Shown: positions 1 to 11,453 of the stretch, piece after piece
How the letters are laid out: each line of letters starts with the position of its first letter
How positions within the stretch are numbered: position 1 is the stretch's first letter
Assembly (NCBI GenBank): GCA_047495785.1
Contig: JBLDXI010000043.1
Location: 678,473-742,472 of the forward strand
Direction: 5' to 3'
DNA length: 64,000 nt
Source: Lepidodermella squamata
Lineage: Eukaryota; Animalia; Gastrotricha
Notes under the pieces: model-generated
What the model saw: only the letters and a program-made list of their open reading frames with translations
Databases searched by the model: none
Told to the model about the DNA's origin: nothing
Translations under genes and position numbers: made by a program

Positions 1-237
1 AATTATTGCGTGAATCTCGTTGTGATGAGAGTTTTATGTTTTACTTGGGAACACTTCGATACAATAAGGATGCAGTTGTATTTTTACTGAATATTGTCTA
101 CGTGTCGATTGCTTCAGTTATCATGTTTATTTCTGTTTTCTAGGATTATATGTGAAATAGGCGAAGGATAGTAGCTGATCGAGTTAATTTTAAGGGTGTA
201 AGGAAGAACCGGCTTAAAATTGGCCTTCTCAACGAAA

Positions 238-1139
238 ATGATGATGACGCCCCCGAAGCAGCCGCCAAAGGGTGACAACAAGCGGCAGCCGGTGTTGAAG
301 CAGGTGACGATCCTGACCGGCGACGACGCTGCTTCGGGGAAGAGGTCGAACTTTTGCGAACTCGAGATCCAGGGCGGCGTGTCGGTGCTGAGTTTGGACT
401 TGTTCACGCAGTACACGCACCTGACGATCCTGCACCTGGCGAAGAACGACATTCGGATTCTGCCGAAGGAGATCGGCAACCTGGTGAACCTGGTGTACCT
501 GGACGTGTCGCACAACCACCTGCGGGCGCTGCCGCCAGAGATCGGGGAGCTGCTGCGGCTGCGCGAACTGAACATCTCGCACAACCCGATCGTGGCGCTG
601 CCGCACGAGATCGGGCGCCTCTACAACCTGTACAAGCTGTCGATGATGAACGTGAACATAATGAATCTGCCGCGGGACATGTCGCGGATGCCGGGCGAGC
701 TGATGGACATGCAGTGCCAGAGCGTGCTGGCGCAGCTGCTCGACTCGATGCCGGCGAACGCGTTCAAGATCCCGCCGGCGCGGCGCATGATCAGCGTGGA
801 GGCGCCGAACACGAAGCAGGTCTCGGCCGTGTTCACGGTCATGTGCTACAACGTGCTCTGCGACAAGTACTGCACGCGCCAGTTGTACGGCTACTGCCCG
901 CCCTGGGCGCTCTCCTGGGACTACCGCAAGAAGCTCATCCTCGAGGAGATCAAAAAGTACTTCGCGGACATTGTGGCGCTGCAGGAGGTGGAGACGGAGC
1001 AGTTCCACAACTTCTTCAAGCCGGAGCTGGGCGCGCTCGGCTACGAGGGCGTGTTCTCCGCCAAGTCGCGCGCGCGCACCATGACCGAGAACGAACGCAA
1101 GCACGTCGACGGGTGCGCCATCTTCTGGAAAACCGAACA
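238..1139 (+). CDS. CNOT6: CCR4/CNOT6-family deadenylase, exon 1 (LRR domain plus N-terminal EEP nuclease)
   Basis: LRRs (LTILHLAKNDIRILPKEIGNLVNLVYLDVSHNHLRALPPEIG) followed by EEP motifs FTVMCYNVLCDKY, LYGYCPPWAL, ALQEVETEQF and HVDGCAIFWK. First ATG at 238. Phase-2 donor CA|GTTAGT at 1140. Confidence 0.95.
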
Positions 1140-2522
1140 GTTAGTTTTTTTTCTTTTGATATCATCTACACAAGGATGTGAAGGCGAGGCAAGGGCTGGG
1201 CGGGCAAAATGCCAACTAATGTTTCAGAATAATTGGATTTGTTTTAGGCTGTTGATCACTATCTCCTGTTATTAGTTCAAATTATTGGACATTTTCGTCT
1301 CGAAAATTTGGAGGTGCTACGCGAAGAATTTTGCGGCAATTTATTTGCACAGCCTCATATTTCAAATTCCAGACACAGCTTATTCATCGCCATCATATTC
1401 CAATATTACAAAATAACAAGAGGCATTCCTTGTGTAATTTGATGGATGGATGGTTGATAGATAAGATGCTTATGCAGGTATTTGAGTAGAACAAGTGGCG
1501 AAAATTGCTGGCGCGAAGCCAATGCTATTTTAATTAAATTTGAAAACTGCTCGAGTACACACATGCAAGCAACTAAAACTAGCTGCTGTTCATTTATTTT
1601 CAGTTCTCGCTCGCTCGCTCACTTGCCTAGATAGATGAGTAATTGTAGCAGGCCTTTGTTTGTTTGCGGTTTGCGGTAGGTAAGATGGAGAGAGAGATTA
1701 ACGAGCATTGTTGCTGCGTGTTGTCAGCGTTTTGAATCATGAAATGCTAAAAGCTGATGATTATGAAGATGACCCAGTTAGTACAATGTGCTCAACTGTG
1801 CTCAAACCACGAAAATTTGTTAAAAATGTCAGGAAAAAATGACAGTTTCGTAAGCAAAGCCATATCGAGAAAGACTTGTTTGCTTAAAATTTGAGCATTT
1901 CAAGTGGGACATGCCACTCTCTGCTTAGTCACAGCGAAAAATAAAATGAAAATGCTTGAATGTTAAAAAAGTAGTCGGGTCAAATGGCGTATTTTATCGA
2001 ATTGGTGATGCGGTGTTTCATGCGGCTTTAAGTTCGCTCTGTTTTCTGAAAAAACCAAATTATTGCAGCGTTTATTGGTGCCCTGATGTTCGAAAAAATA
2101 CGGTAATTGAGGTAATTGGAAGGATCTTGAGGCAAATTTGAGCAACGTCATGATTTACAAAGAAATTATCTAAGATGTGGATGATACCTCAAGGTCAGGG
2201 GGTAAAGTTAGCCACTCTCCTTGAACATTTGTATGTGGTTTTCGAGGGCTAAAAAACTGTGTTGTCAGTAAAAAGCTGTGATTTGCGTATGGAAAGTGTC
2301 ATTGATCATTTTATCATTTCTATTTTTGACAAAAACGGCCATCGTTGACTTGAACGAAAAAAATAATCGCTCCTAGATAAAATATGAAAATGAGCCCCCA
2401 CACTGGTATTTCGCCCGCTCTAGCTTTGCCACCTTGACACCTTGACAGACGTGTGTTTTTTTAATAATTGATAATTCAATTGCTAATTGGTGTTTTTTCT
2501 GTGTGTTTTCTTGTCGTTTCAG

Positions 2523-3342
2523 TTTTTCACTGCTAAATTTTAACGTTATTGAGTTTAACCAAGTGACGCAGAATTTGACGCACGCGCGCGGGCCGAACGC
2601 CGATCTGATCAACCGCGTGATGACGAAAGACAACATCGGGCTGGCGGCGCTGCTGCAAACGAAAGACCACGTGTTCCAGTACGGCGACGTGCCGCCCATC
2701 CACGCGAACCAGCCCCTCCTCGTGGCGACGGCGCACATCCACTGGGACCCGGAGTACTGCGACGTGAAGCTCATCCAGACGATCATGCTCATGTCCGAGC
2801 TGAAGCAGATCATCGAGGCGAGCGTGAAGCAGTACCGGCCGGAGCTGACGGGCGAGGCGGTGCGCCACGACTGCAACACGATCCCGCTGATTCTGTGCGG
2901 CGACCTCAACTCGCTGCCCGACTCGGGCGTCATTTCTTTCCTGCAAAATGGCAAGATCGCGGCGAACCACTCCGACTTCAAGGAGATGGGCTACGAGGAC
3001 TGTCTGCAGAAGCTGTCGACATCGCCCGAGAATGGCGAAGTGTTGGCGCACGAGTTCCGCGTGCGCTCCGCCTACGAGGAGGAGCACTCGCGGGCGACCA
3101 ACTACACGGTCGACTTCAAGGGCATCATCGACTACATCTTCTACTCGTACGACTACATGTACCTGCTCGAAGTACTGGGGCCCTTCGACTACGACTGGTT
3201 CAAGGAGCTGCGTCATCCGGCTTGCCCGGCCCCATACATTCCGTCGGACCACTTTCCGCTGCTGGCGCGATTCCAGATGCCGGTGCCCTACCCACGCCCG
3301 CCCTTCATGTCCGCCCGCGTCACCGGGCCCAACAACCACTGA
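2523..3342 (+). CDS. CNOT6: CCR4/CNOT6-family deadenylase, exon 2 (C-terminal EEP nuclease)
   Basis: Acceptor tttcAG at 2521-2522 joins in frame to give KTEH|FSLLNFNVIEFNQ. Motifs VMTKDNIG, TAHIHWDPEYCDVKLIQ, LCGDLNS, TNYT..FKGIIDYIFYS and PSDH. TGA at 3340-3342, AATAAA at 3435. Confidence 0.95.
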
Positions 3343-3379
3343 TCGGTCGGTCGATCGACTGTGAATGATGAATCTGAGC

Positions 3380-4510
3380 TTCTCTCTCTGTCTCTGTATT
3401 TGTGTTTGTACGTAAGGCAGGCTGCTGCTGCTGCAATAAAGATGCTTTTTTCTGTCTGTGAGGTAGTTACATTGATTTATCCAACCAACTCATCGTGCAA
3501 CACCATCGAATGCCTAATTAGGAAAAACAGCGCAAGATGAAGATTCTTAGAGATTGTGCTTTTTGCTGTCGTGACGCCACAACGTTGCCATTGCTACCGC
3601 CACCTCTCTGTTAAGTAAGTATCTATCTATCTGCATACTACTCACGCGTGTTACCAAGTACTACTACTACTGCTATTGAATGTGTTTGAAGAAGTAAACA
3701 AGATTGTTATCTAGTGTAGTTGCTGCCGTCATCATCATCACAACGGCTGCCCACCGTTTCGTTTTTCTGCCGCCGCCGCTGCTACTGCTTACACGCGCGT
3801 CGTCTTTTTACTGTACGCCTGTACATGCATGTAAGCTGCGTAGATTTGCGAAATTTCACTTGCAAAGTGTGTAGCGTAACTTCTTGCCACCAATACATGT
3901 GTCTCATCGTCTACCTGTAAGTCTGCCTGTCTTTTATCCACCGTATATTTGTGGCTGCTGCTGCTGCTGCTACGTACTTGTAGTTAGTGCCCTGGATTAT
4001 AGTTGTCTTTGAGATATCCGCAACTTTGATTCGCTATGTTGGGTTGTGCTCTAAACATCTTCTATCTTTAACGGGTGAGCGAGTGGTTCTCTCTCTCTCC
4101 CCTCTATCTCTGGCTGTCTCTGTGTCCTACTTACGTGTGTTCTACTGCAACGGGCGTGCGTCGTACGTGTATTCTTTCTTTCTTTCTTCAATTCTGTCTC
4201 TCTTTCATGTGTGTCACATGTCCACTGTTCAACAAACACTGGCTGTGGAAATTATTGATGGATGATACATCGATTATGAGTATCATCTATCTATCTATCT
4301 ATCTATCTGTCTGTCTGTCTATTATGAATGAATGGCTTCAAAAGTTTAACTACGAAAAGACTGTTATCATCTACACTTGTATACTACTACTACTTGGCTA
4401 CAACTACGTCTACTATCGTCTCCGTCCGTCCGTTGTCTTCTACGATATGTCGTCGTCGGTCGTCGTCGTCGTCATACGGCGACAAAAGTGAATGATGATG
4501 ATGATGATAG
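3380..4510. repeat. Microsatellite-rich tract (CT, CTG, TAC, TATC, GTC, ATG repeats), possibly a long CCR4 3' UTR
   Basis: Short tandem runs visible, e.g. (tatc)n near 4285-4310, (gtc)n near 4450-4475, (atg)n near 4492-4508. Confidence 0.6.
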
Positions 4511-4769
4511 CTGTAGAAAAAACAGCTGCTCATCCATCTACAATTAATAAAATGAGAAGGAAAGCAAACATGCTAAAAAATAAAAGCTACAACAAAATGT
4601 TAAAACGAGACGTGTTTTTTTCTCAAGTACACATGCGCATCAACTTGATCATCGTCGAATACAATTTCCGAGTCCGAGTTGCCGCGGTCAAGACGCTGTT
4701 AACACTAACAATGAAAAATGAAACTACAACAGCGAAAGAAAGCCAGCTCACCTATTTATAGGTAACATA

Positions 4770-5198
4770 CCGTATTTTACGAATTGTAAGGCAGGACCCA
4801 ATTATAGGGCAGAACCGGAATAAAGGGCAGATGCTAATGGTCATTTGAAATAATGAAGGGCAGAACCGTATTAATCGGCAGGGCCTTGTATGAAGTGGCT
4901 TATTACATGAGCGCCTGCTGGGTAAGTGGTTAAAGTTGGATAGGGTGTAATTTTTCGTCATTAAGCGCACTAATCGTCCTTTATCCACCTTAATCCAATT
5001 GATCAAACACTTCAAGCGTGTAGTCACAGGTGGAAGGCAGCAGCTATAGTTTTTATTCGGCGTTTTCAACTGTTAATCTAGGTACTCAACTGGTGACTGA
5101 TTGGGTTCGAAAAATTCGAGTGCAGAGTCGAAATAAAGGGCAGAACTTGAACCTCGTTTAGAAAAAAAGGGCAAGGTCTTATAATTCGTAAAAAACGG
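4770..5198. mobile_element. Tc1/mariner superfamily (Tc2-like) MITE, 429 bp
   Basis: TA|CCGTATTTTACGAATTGTAAG ... CTTATAATTCGTAAAAAACGG|TA terminal inverted repeats with TA duplication. Repeated subterminal AAGGGCAGAA motifs. Confidence 0.8.
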
Positions 5199-5258
5199 TA
5201 AAGGGATGTAATAGCGTGAACAATGCGAACGACAAAGGCAATCAAAAAAGGGCAAAAA

Positions 5259-6196
5259 AGGCTGAAATCGCAGTTTCAACCTTTGTACGTTGCGCAGCTC
5301 ATCGGCATCGTGCCGAATCCGGGCGAACCATGCATATTCGCGCTTCATTCGTTAGTGGCAACAAGCGCTACCACGTTTGCAGGCGATCCGCTGACATTTC
5401 GAATTGCCGATATTTCGCTGCCAGCCAAAACAGGCTGAAATCGCAGTTTCAACCCTTGTACGTTGCGCAGCTCATCGGCATCGTGCCGAATCCGTGCAAA
5501 CCATGCACATTCGCGCTTCATTCGTTAGTGGCAACAAGCGCTACCACGTTTGCAGGCGATCCGCTGACATTTCGGATGACCGATGTTTCGCTGCCAGCCA
5601 AAACAGGCTGAAATCGCAGTTTCAACCCTTGTACGTTGCGCAGCTCATCGGCATCGTGCCGAATCCGTGCAAACCATGCACATTCGCGCTTCATTCGTTA
5701 GTGGCAACAAGCGCTACCACGTTTGCAGGCGATCCGCTGACATTTCGGATGACCGATATTTCGCTGCCAGCCAAAACAGGCTGAAATCGCAGTTTCAACC
5801 CATGTACGTTGCGCAGCTCATCGGCATCGTGCCGAATCCGGGCAAACCATGCATATTCGCGCTTCATTCGTTAGTGGCAACAAGCGCTACCACGTTTGCA
5901 GGCGATCCGCTGACATTTCGGGTGACCGATATTTCGCTGTCAGCCAAAACAGGCTGAAATCGCAGTTTCAACCCATGTACGTTGCGCAGCTCATCGGCAT
6001 CGTGCCGAATCCGGGCAAACCATGCACATTCGCGCTTCATTCGTTAGTGGCAACAAGCGCTACCACGTTTGCAGGCGATCCGCTGACATCTCGGATGACC
6101 GATATTTCGCTGCCAGCCAAAACAGGCTGAAATCGCAGATTCAACCCTTGTACGTTGCGCAGCTCATCGGCATCGTGCCGAATCCGGGCAAACCAT
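5259..6196 (+). repeat. Isolated island of the 173-bp satellite (about 5.4 monomers)
   Basis: Same monomer and orientation as the 31.1-64 kb array, period 173. Confidence 0.97.
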
Positions 6197-6218
6197 TTAA
6201 AATCGAGGAAAAAGCTAG

Positions 6219-6253
6219 CTCCTTGGCAGGGAATCGAACCCTGGTCTCCCGTG
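6219..6253 (-). pseudogene. tRNA-Asp-like 3' half fragment
   Basis: Reverse complement CACGGGAGACCAGGGTTCGATTCCCTGCCAAGGAG resembles the variable loop, T arm and acceptor of eukaryotic tRNA-Asp. The 5' half is absent. Confidence 0.6.
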
Positions 6254-6298
6254 AGCAGTTAATCGCAGTTTCTGGGGTTCGAGTCTCCCGATGGGCGC
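6254..6298 (+). pseudogene. tRNA 3' half fragment (Asn-like, GTT)
   Basis: GTT AA TCGCA, then a T arm with GGTTCGAGTC, then GATGGGCG and a TTTT terminator. No D arm or 5' acceptor strand. Confidence 0.4.
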
Positions 6299-6375
6299 CA
6301 ACTTTTCAAAAACTTACTGCTATTTTTACGTTATTGTTGAGAATGCCTTTGTTATAAATATTGACGCAAACGCAT

Positions 6376-6450
6376 GGGGCATTAGCTCAAATGGTAGAAC
6401 GCTCGCCTAACATGCGAGAGGCAACGGGATCGGCACCCGTAAGTATCCCA
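6376..6450 (+). pseudogene. tRNA-Ala(AGC)-derived pseudogene carrying an AAC anticodon
   Basis: GGGGCATTAGCTCAAATGGTAGAACGCTCGC-CTAACAT-GCGAGAGGCAACGGGATCGGCACCCGT is an Ala(AGC) body. It has a D-stem mismatch and a disrupted 3' acceptor strand. Confidence 0.75.
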
Positions 6451-6648
6451 CAAAAACAAAATTTCCACGAATCTTCTGCTTCGTCAGCTTAAATTTGGGA
6501 CTGCATGGCCATCTAAGCCAAAGAGATAGTAGCTTAGTGATAGAGTGTCTGCCCAGGTAGCAGAAGATTGATTTTTCCTGAGCTCCTGAGCTCGATTTTT
6601 TGCGATAAGCAGTGATTTTTAAAAAAAAACTCATTTCATAGTAAAACT

Positions 6649-6720
6649 TTCCCTGACCGGGAATCGAACCCGGGCCGCCGCGGTGAAAGCGCGGAATCCT
6701 AACCACTAGACCATCAGGGA
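6649..6720 (-). tRNA. tRNA-Glu(TTC), intact
   Basis: TCCCTGATGGTCTAGTGGTTAGGATT-CCGCG CT TTC AC CGCGG-CGGCCCGGGTTCGATTCCCGGTCAGGGAA, 72 nt, full cloverleaf. Confidence 0.95.
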
Positions 6721-6796
6721 GATATGAAATAAAATGCCTGGATTATGTGATAAATTTTCAATACCTTGTTGAAATTCAAATGAAGAAAAAACTAGT

Positions 6797-6868
6797 GGGC
6801 CCGTTCGGGAATTGAACCAGAGACCTCTCGCACCCAAAGCGAGAATCGTACTCCTAGACCAACGGGCC
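6797..6868 (-). tRNA. tRNA-Pro(TGG), slightly degenerate
   Basis: GGCCCGTTGGTCTAGGAGTACGATTCTCGCTTTGGGTGCGAGAGGTCTCTGGTTCAATTCCCGAACGGGCCC. One T-stem mismatch and an altered D loop. Confidence 0.8.
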
Positions 6869-6936
6869 TACGATAGGAAACCCTCGTGGGCTTCTAACAT
6901 GGCATTAGGACAGGCCAAAGGCAGCGCAAAAAGGTA

Positions 6937-7005
6937 CGCCGAGACCCGGGATCGAACCAGGGACCTTTAGATCTTCAGTCTAACGCTCTCCCAACTGAGC
7001 TCGGC
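6937..7005 (-). pseudogene. tRNA-Phe(GAA) with a 4-nt deletion at the acceptor/D-arm junction
   Basis: GCCGAG[----]CTCAGTTGGGAGAGCGTTAGACTGAAGATCTAAAGGTCCCTGGTTCGATCCCGGGTCTCGGCG, 69 nt instead of 73. Confidence 0.85.
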
Positions 7006-9734
7006 TAGATGGAAGAAGGGTGGTCACTTTTATTCTAGTGATAACGGTATAACACATTCTTGCTCAAGTTTGACCGAATGTTGATCATCTATGGGTTGAT
7101 TAAACATGATGTAGAGGAAAATTCGGGATTTATCGATTATATTCAGAGACGATTTCAAGAGTAAGAAAATAAAAAAATCGAGTGAGTCCGCAAGATTGAA
7201 GAGCTTTAGTTCAAGCTATACCTGATAGTTGCCAGTCCACAGTCCCATGCGAAAATAAATGTGTGCTCTCGTCATTCGCTATTCACTGAATTAAAAGTTC
7301 AAAGCCCAAGCCAATTCGAAAGATTATTCCTGATCTCGCGAATTCCTGGTCGAGGTTTATCCGATCGGTATTGGTTAATAAAACTCAGGCTAGCGCTGAG
7401 TCTGAAGAACGGACCTTGAATTGACAATAGTAAGTAGGACTGGCTTGACAGTTGTGGAACCAGTTCTAAAACTTTAAGCCTCAGCTCGTGAGTGGCAACT
7501 CTGGCGAAATAAATTTAATCAGCTCTCAATCGCTCTATACGACGTAGCAAACCTAAAATTCAACTCGAATCGATTCATATAAATCAATTCATTTCACTTC
7601 AAATAAATGAGCCCAATAGCATGCTGTATGTAGGCTGTGTCTATATCACGTAAATCTTCGATACATTCAGCTTCGGATAAATTTGTAAATAATATATCAT
7701 GCGTCGTACCTATCCTTTATCATAATCAAGCCAATAAGCTATCATGAAAAAGTTAGTTAAAAGTTAGTTCAGGCAAAAAACTGAAGGTTAAAAAAAGCTC
7801 CCGCGAAGTGCTGAGAGCTAGCGCCATCTTCAAAAGTCGAAAGAGCGATAGATCTAAAAACAAAATGTTAAAATACCCAATTGGAACAATATTAGAAATA
7901 ATAACATACCACCAGAGGCATATTTAGGAATCTAGCAGCATAGCCATCAGCAGCATCATCTTTAAGCAGGAACACTTATTTGTAACCACTGAGAATTCCG
8001 ACGTTGCAATTCCTTGGCTGTTTTGCAAAACTCACTAAGCTATTCCTACCAATAAGAGGGCCATATAATCATTTGAGAGAATACTAACTGACAACTGATG
8101 GTCAGTGGTCAGCAATCGAACGCTTAGTAATATAACTTTCAACTTCAACAAAATATAAAGCAATTTCCCCTTCCTAACTTTTAGTAGCTAGCCCAGCAAT
8201 CTATAAACTTTCCGCCAGTCTGGTATGTGGTATGTAGCATTATTCGCACAATACTTGATAAAAAAGGGGTTTACATGCATGCTTCCATTCGTTGGTTTCA
8301 TCTTTCAATCAGGCGCCGAGTTGTGGACAGTTAAATCTTCCTCTGCGTTATTGGTCAAGACTCGAGAATGAATTTTCCTCGTGTTTTGCTTTCAGAAATC
8401 GATCTCAGAGGAAGATTCAAGTTTCCGGAAGAACTGACTCATGGCGATAGGGGAAGGGAAGTAATTCCAAGTGCTTAAATCATGAAAAATGAAAATCATA
8501 AAAAAAGATGCTGTCGTGGTGAGTTTACCCGGGCAACGATATCCTTAGCGCTGATTGAGCTGGCATAATCAAGAGGCAAGTAAGGATTTAGAATTACGAA
8601 AGATCGTACACATGTTTAATGCAGATCTTATTTCTTATTAGAATTTAGAATGACTAAGTCGGAGAGAGTGGGGTGAACTCGAATAGCAATGTGCAATACC
8701 TATGTTTTACGAGGATCTATAAGATTTACAAGGATTATGTTCAACAGCTGGCCGAGTTCGATCAGTTCGATTAGCATAATACATAGTACGTGAAACGAGT
8801 GAAAAACCTGCAGAACTGTCACACCTAGGACCTAGGTTAACCGGTCATCGGGGTTATGTAAAAAAACACGACGCACAGGCCAGGGCCAGATAGAAAACTA
8901 AGCACGCTTCTAGTTACTACGCATAATCAACTGTCAGTTTTAAGTTTTTTCGCTTATTACCAATAAGATTATATGAGATAACACATTATTGAGTAAAGTT
9001 TAACTCGCGCGTCACGTGCCGGTCACTTCTTGGTCACATGAAATGCGCCCGTCAGATGACTCTGCTTGCGACAAGGACACTGAGCGCGAATTTCAAAAAT
9101 TTCAAAACGGCTAACGAAAAGAAATGCAGAAAACTATAAGCGCAAAACAACAAAAAGCCGACAAAGGAAGTAGAAAATTGCAATTTTGATATATATTTAT
9201 AAATCATTCGTTTTAAGGCAGACAAATAAATATTTATATAACAAGGAAGTTGCGTAATAATATTTTCATAATTATTATTTTTTATAGTTTGCGGGTTGGA
9301 CGAAAATATCCGGGGATCGCTGGGCCCTTATGACGCGCGCGCACCGGGCACTATGTGGCTGAATCTCTGAGACGATAAATGATAGAATCAATTTTTGAAA
9401 CTGACCCATATCCCTTGTTATTTTAAGGACGTTACAGATTGCACCTTACGACATGAATTAATAAATGATTATGATAGATATTCATGATTATGATAAATGA
9501 TGAGTGAATTTCTGGGAAAACCCCAAGACATAGCCTCAAGCCTCAATTTTAAGATGTTATACGTCGTTTTTCAGTGTCGAATTCTAAAAAATTTCTCGCT
9601 TCGTTCGCGTTTAGTTTGCATTTTATCCGGGATTTTATCTATTTCGAGCTCGGTAGCCACCAAAAACCAATTTAAACAAGCAATCAATTTTTAGCTCAAA
9701 AAATTTTACCCATTCCAAACCAAATTCCATTCAT

Positions 9735-9810
9735 TTTAGGAAGGTGTCCTACGAGCCATTCTGATAGGACACTACTGTGTCCTACCAGACAAAAAGTTTG
9801 GGAACCACTG
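9735..9810 (-). mobile_element. hAT (Charlie-like) element end
   Basis: Reverse complement begins CAGTGGTTCCCAAACTTTT with repeated TAGGACAC subterminal motifs. Partner end not located. Confidence 0.5.
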
Positions 9811-9814
9811 GACT

Positions 9815-9964
9815 GTTGATTTCGCCATGTTATGTCCTGGTTTTCTTCTCCGCCATTGTGGAACCAACACGTCATGGGTTCGATGCTTCTCGCAATTAGA
9901 CGATTCTTTCGACCAGATTTGATGCCGATCTCATTCTGGTTGTGAAATTCTCGAAAATTACAGT
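9815..9964 (+). pseudogene. Degenerate duplicate of exon 1 of the Cys-module gene
   Basis: LLISPCYVLVFFSAIVEPT[frameshift]SWVRCFSQLDDSFDQI*CRSHSGCEILENYS|gtaacg aligns with 11454-11624. Confidence 0.8.
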
Positions 9965-10156
9965 GTAACGCAGGCAGATTCATGCCTAGTTTTTAGATTT
10001 TCCCTCCGCCCAACCTCGTGTTGCTTATTGCTTATTCTTATGATTTTCGAACGGAGACCTAGCGACGATCTAGCGTCGTCCCACTTTCTCGATGATACCA
10101 TAACTGTGCCTCGGCTTGCTATGTGATCATCTCGAATCAGGTCTCCCATATTAGTA

Positions 10157-10272
10157 CAGGGCGTTCGCGTAATAATACTCTGGGTGAGCTAAAAATAGCT
10201 ACAAAAAAGGTAAAATGAATGCAAAAAGTAGCAAAGCTATTTTTAGAAGAGTATTATTACGCGAACGCCCTG
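10157..10272. mobile_element. 116-bp Tc1/mariner-type MITE (near-complete hairpin)
   Basis: TA|CAGGGCGTTCGCGTAATAATACTCT ... AGAGTATTATTACGCGAACGCCCTG|TA, plus an inner inverted pair CTAAAAATAGCT/AGCTATTTTTAG. Confidence 0.9.
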
Positions 10273-10359
10273 TACATATTGCCATAGTAGTGAAATAATC
10301 GGACGCCGGCAATTCATTGACATTGAGTTTCGCGATGGAAATTCTTGTTGCGGCCTGAC

Positions 10360-10860
10360 CCGATTACGGCCCGTGCGTTCGGGCAACAGCACTTAACCAC
10401 TCCGCGCTCGAGCCAGTCCAAAACGTGGCTGTATACGAAGTTAACCGCAAATTGAACGAATTTCAACGATTCCGCTCCAAAGCACACGGCCGGCCAAGGT
10501 GTTGGCCCGAGTACGGCGGGTAACAATGTGAACCAGCGCTTCCAGCGCCGCACTCGGCCGGCCAGGATTGGGCCGGAACTTTATCGGTAGATACAATTAT
10601 CGGGTAGGGCGCTGTTTGTTGGATGACCCGAGACCGGCGGCCCGACATCAAGGTTCAGAGGCCTGAGCCCGGCGCTGAATAATAGTGCAGGTTCCCATTG
10701 TTACCCGCCGAGCACGAGCCAACACCTTGGCCGACGAAGCGTGATTCTTTCGAATTTGCTAAATTTACAGTAAACGTCGAATACGGGCATGTTTTAAAGC
10801 GCCGCGAGCGAGGAGCGGTACATCAACGTTTCCCGTCAGCGAGCGGGCCGGCCGCAGCGC
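10360..10860. repeat. Old GC-rich foldback (diverged inverted repeat, arms about 200 bp)
   Basis: CGGCCAAGGTGTTGGCCCGAGTACGGCGGGTAACAATGTGAACC (about 10491) matches the reverse complement of GGTTCCCATTGTTACCCGCCGAGCACGAGCCAACACCTTGGCCG (about 10690). Opposite-strand ORFs 10314- and 10698+ translate alike. Confidence 0.75.
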
Positions 10861-11453
10861 GTACGGGCGGAATTCGGGCTCGAGCCCTAAAACCTAAAAG
10901 AAGGGGAACATTCTTCTGCTCATTTTGCTGATGTTAGCCAAGCTTTGTTAATTAGCGTGATTTGTGCTAACATGTATTGCCAATTTAAAAGCCCAAATAA
11001 AATTACTAAGCTCGATTTTTCTGAATACTGTCTGTCTAACACTTGATTTTGTTCGAATATTTCATTTCGAACGCGAACAAAAATATTTTTTATTTTGTCC
11101 TCACAAACAACGGATATTCATATCTGTTTCATTTTAATTACACACTTCATTCTCTCTGTCGCACTACTCAACATAACATAACTTTGAACCATTAGTGTAA
11201 TATACTTATTTTCGAAGCTGTCTTTATCCCATAAACATAATTTTATTTCCGGGCGATGAAGTCGACATTATGGGATAAACTTTATCGATAAAGATGGCTT
11301 CGAAAATAACCCCCATTGATAAGAAAATAAAAATCTTACCAGACAAAATGGATTTTTTCACCCATTCATGTGTTTCTACTGTTATCGTTCATAATTCACT
11401 TGAATCAGACGTTCAAACTGGAATTTCTTGTAGGTCCTTGTGGTGTGTTAACG

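Noticed and set aside
114-3368. Long antisense and alternate-frame ORFs over CCR4 (229-1104, 354-1181, 2533-3339 and others)
   Set aside because: Shadows of GC3-biased codon usage.
6523-6570. Additional tRNA-like remnant (AGCTTAGTGATAGAGT, TCTGC-CCAGGTA-GCAGA)
   Set aside because: D-arm-like and anticodon-arm-like pieces only, with no T arm. Too degenerate to call.
7050-9700. AT-rich stretch with weak local repeats
   Set aside because: No convincing ORF, TIR/TSD pair or RNA gene found by eye.
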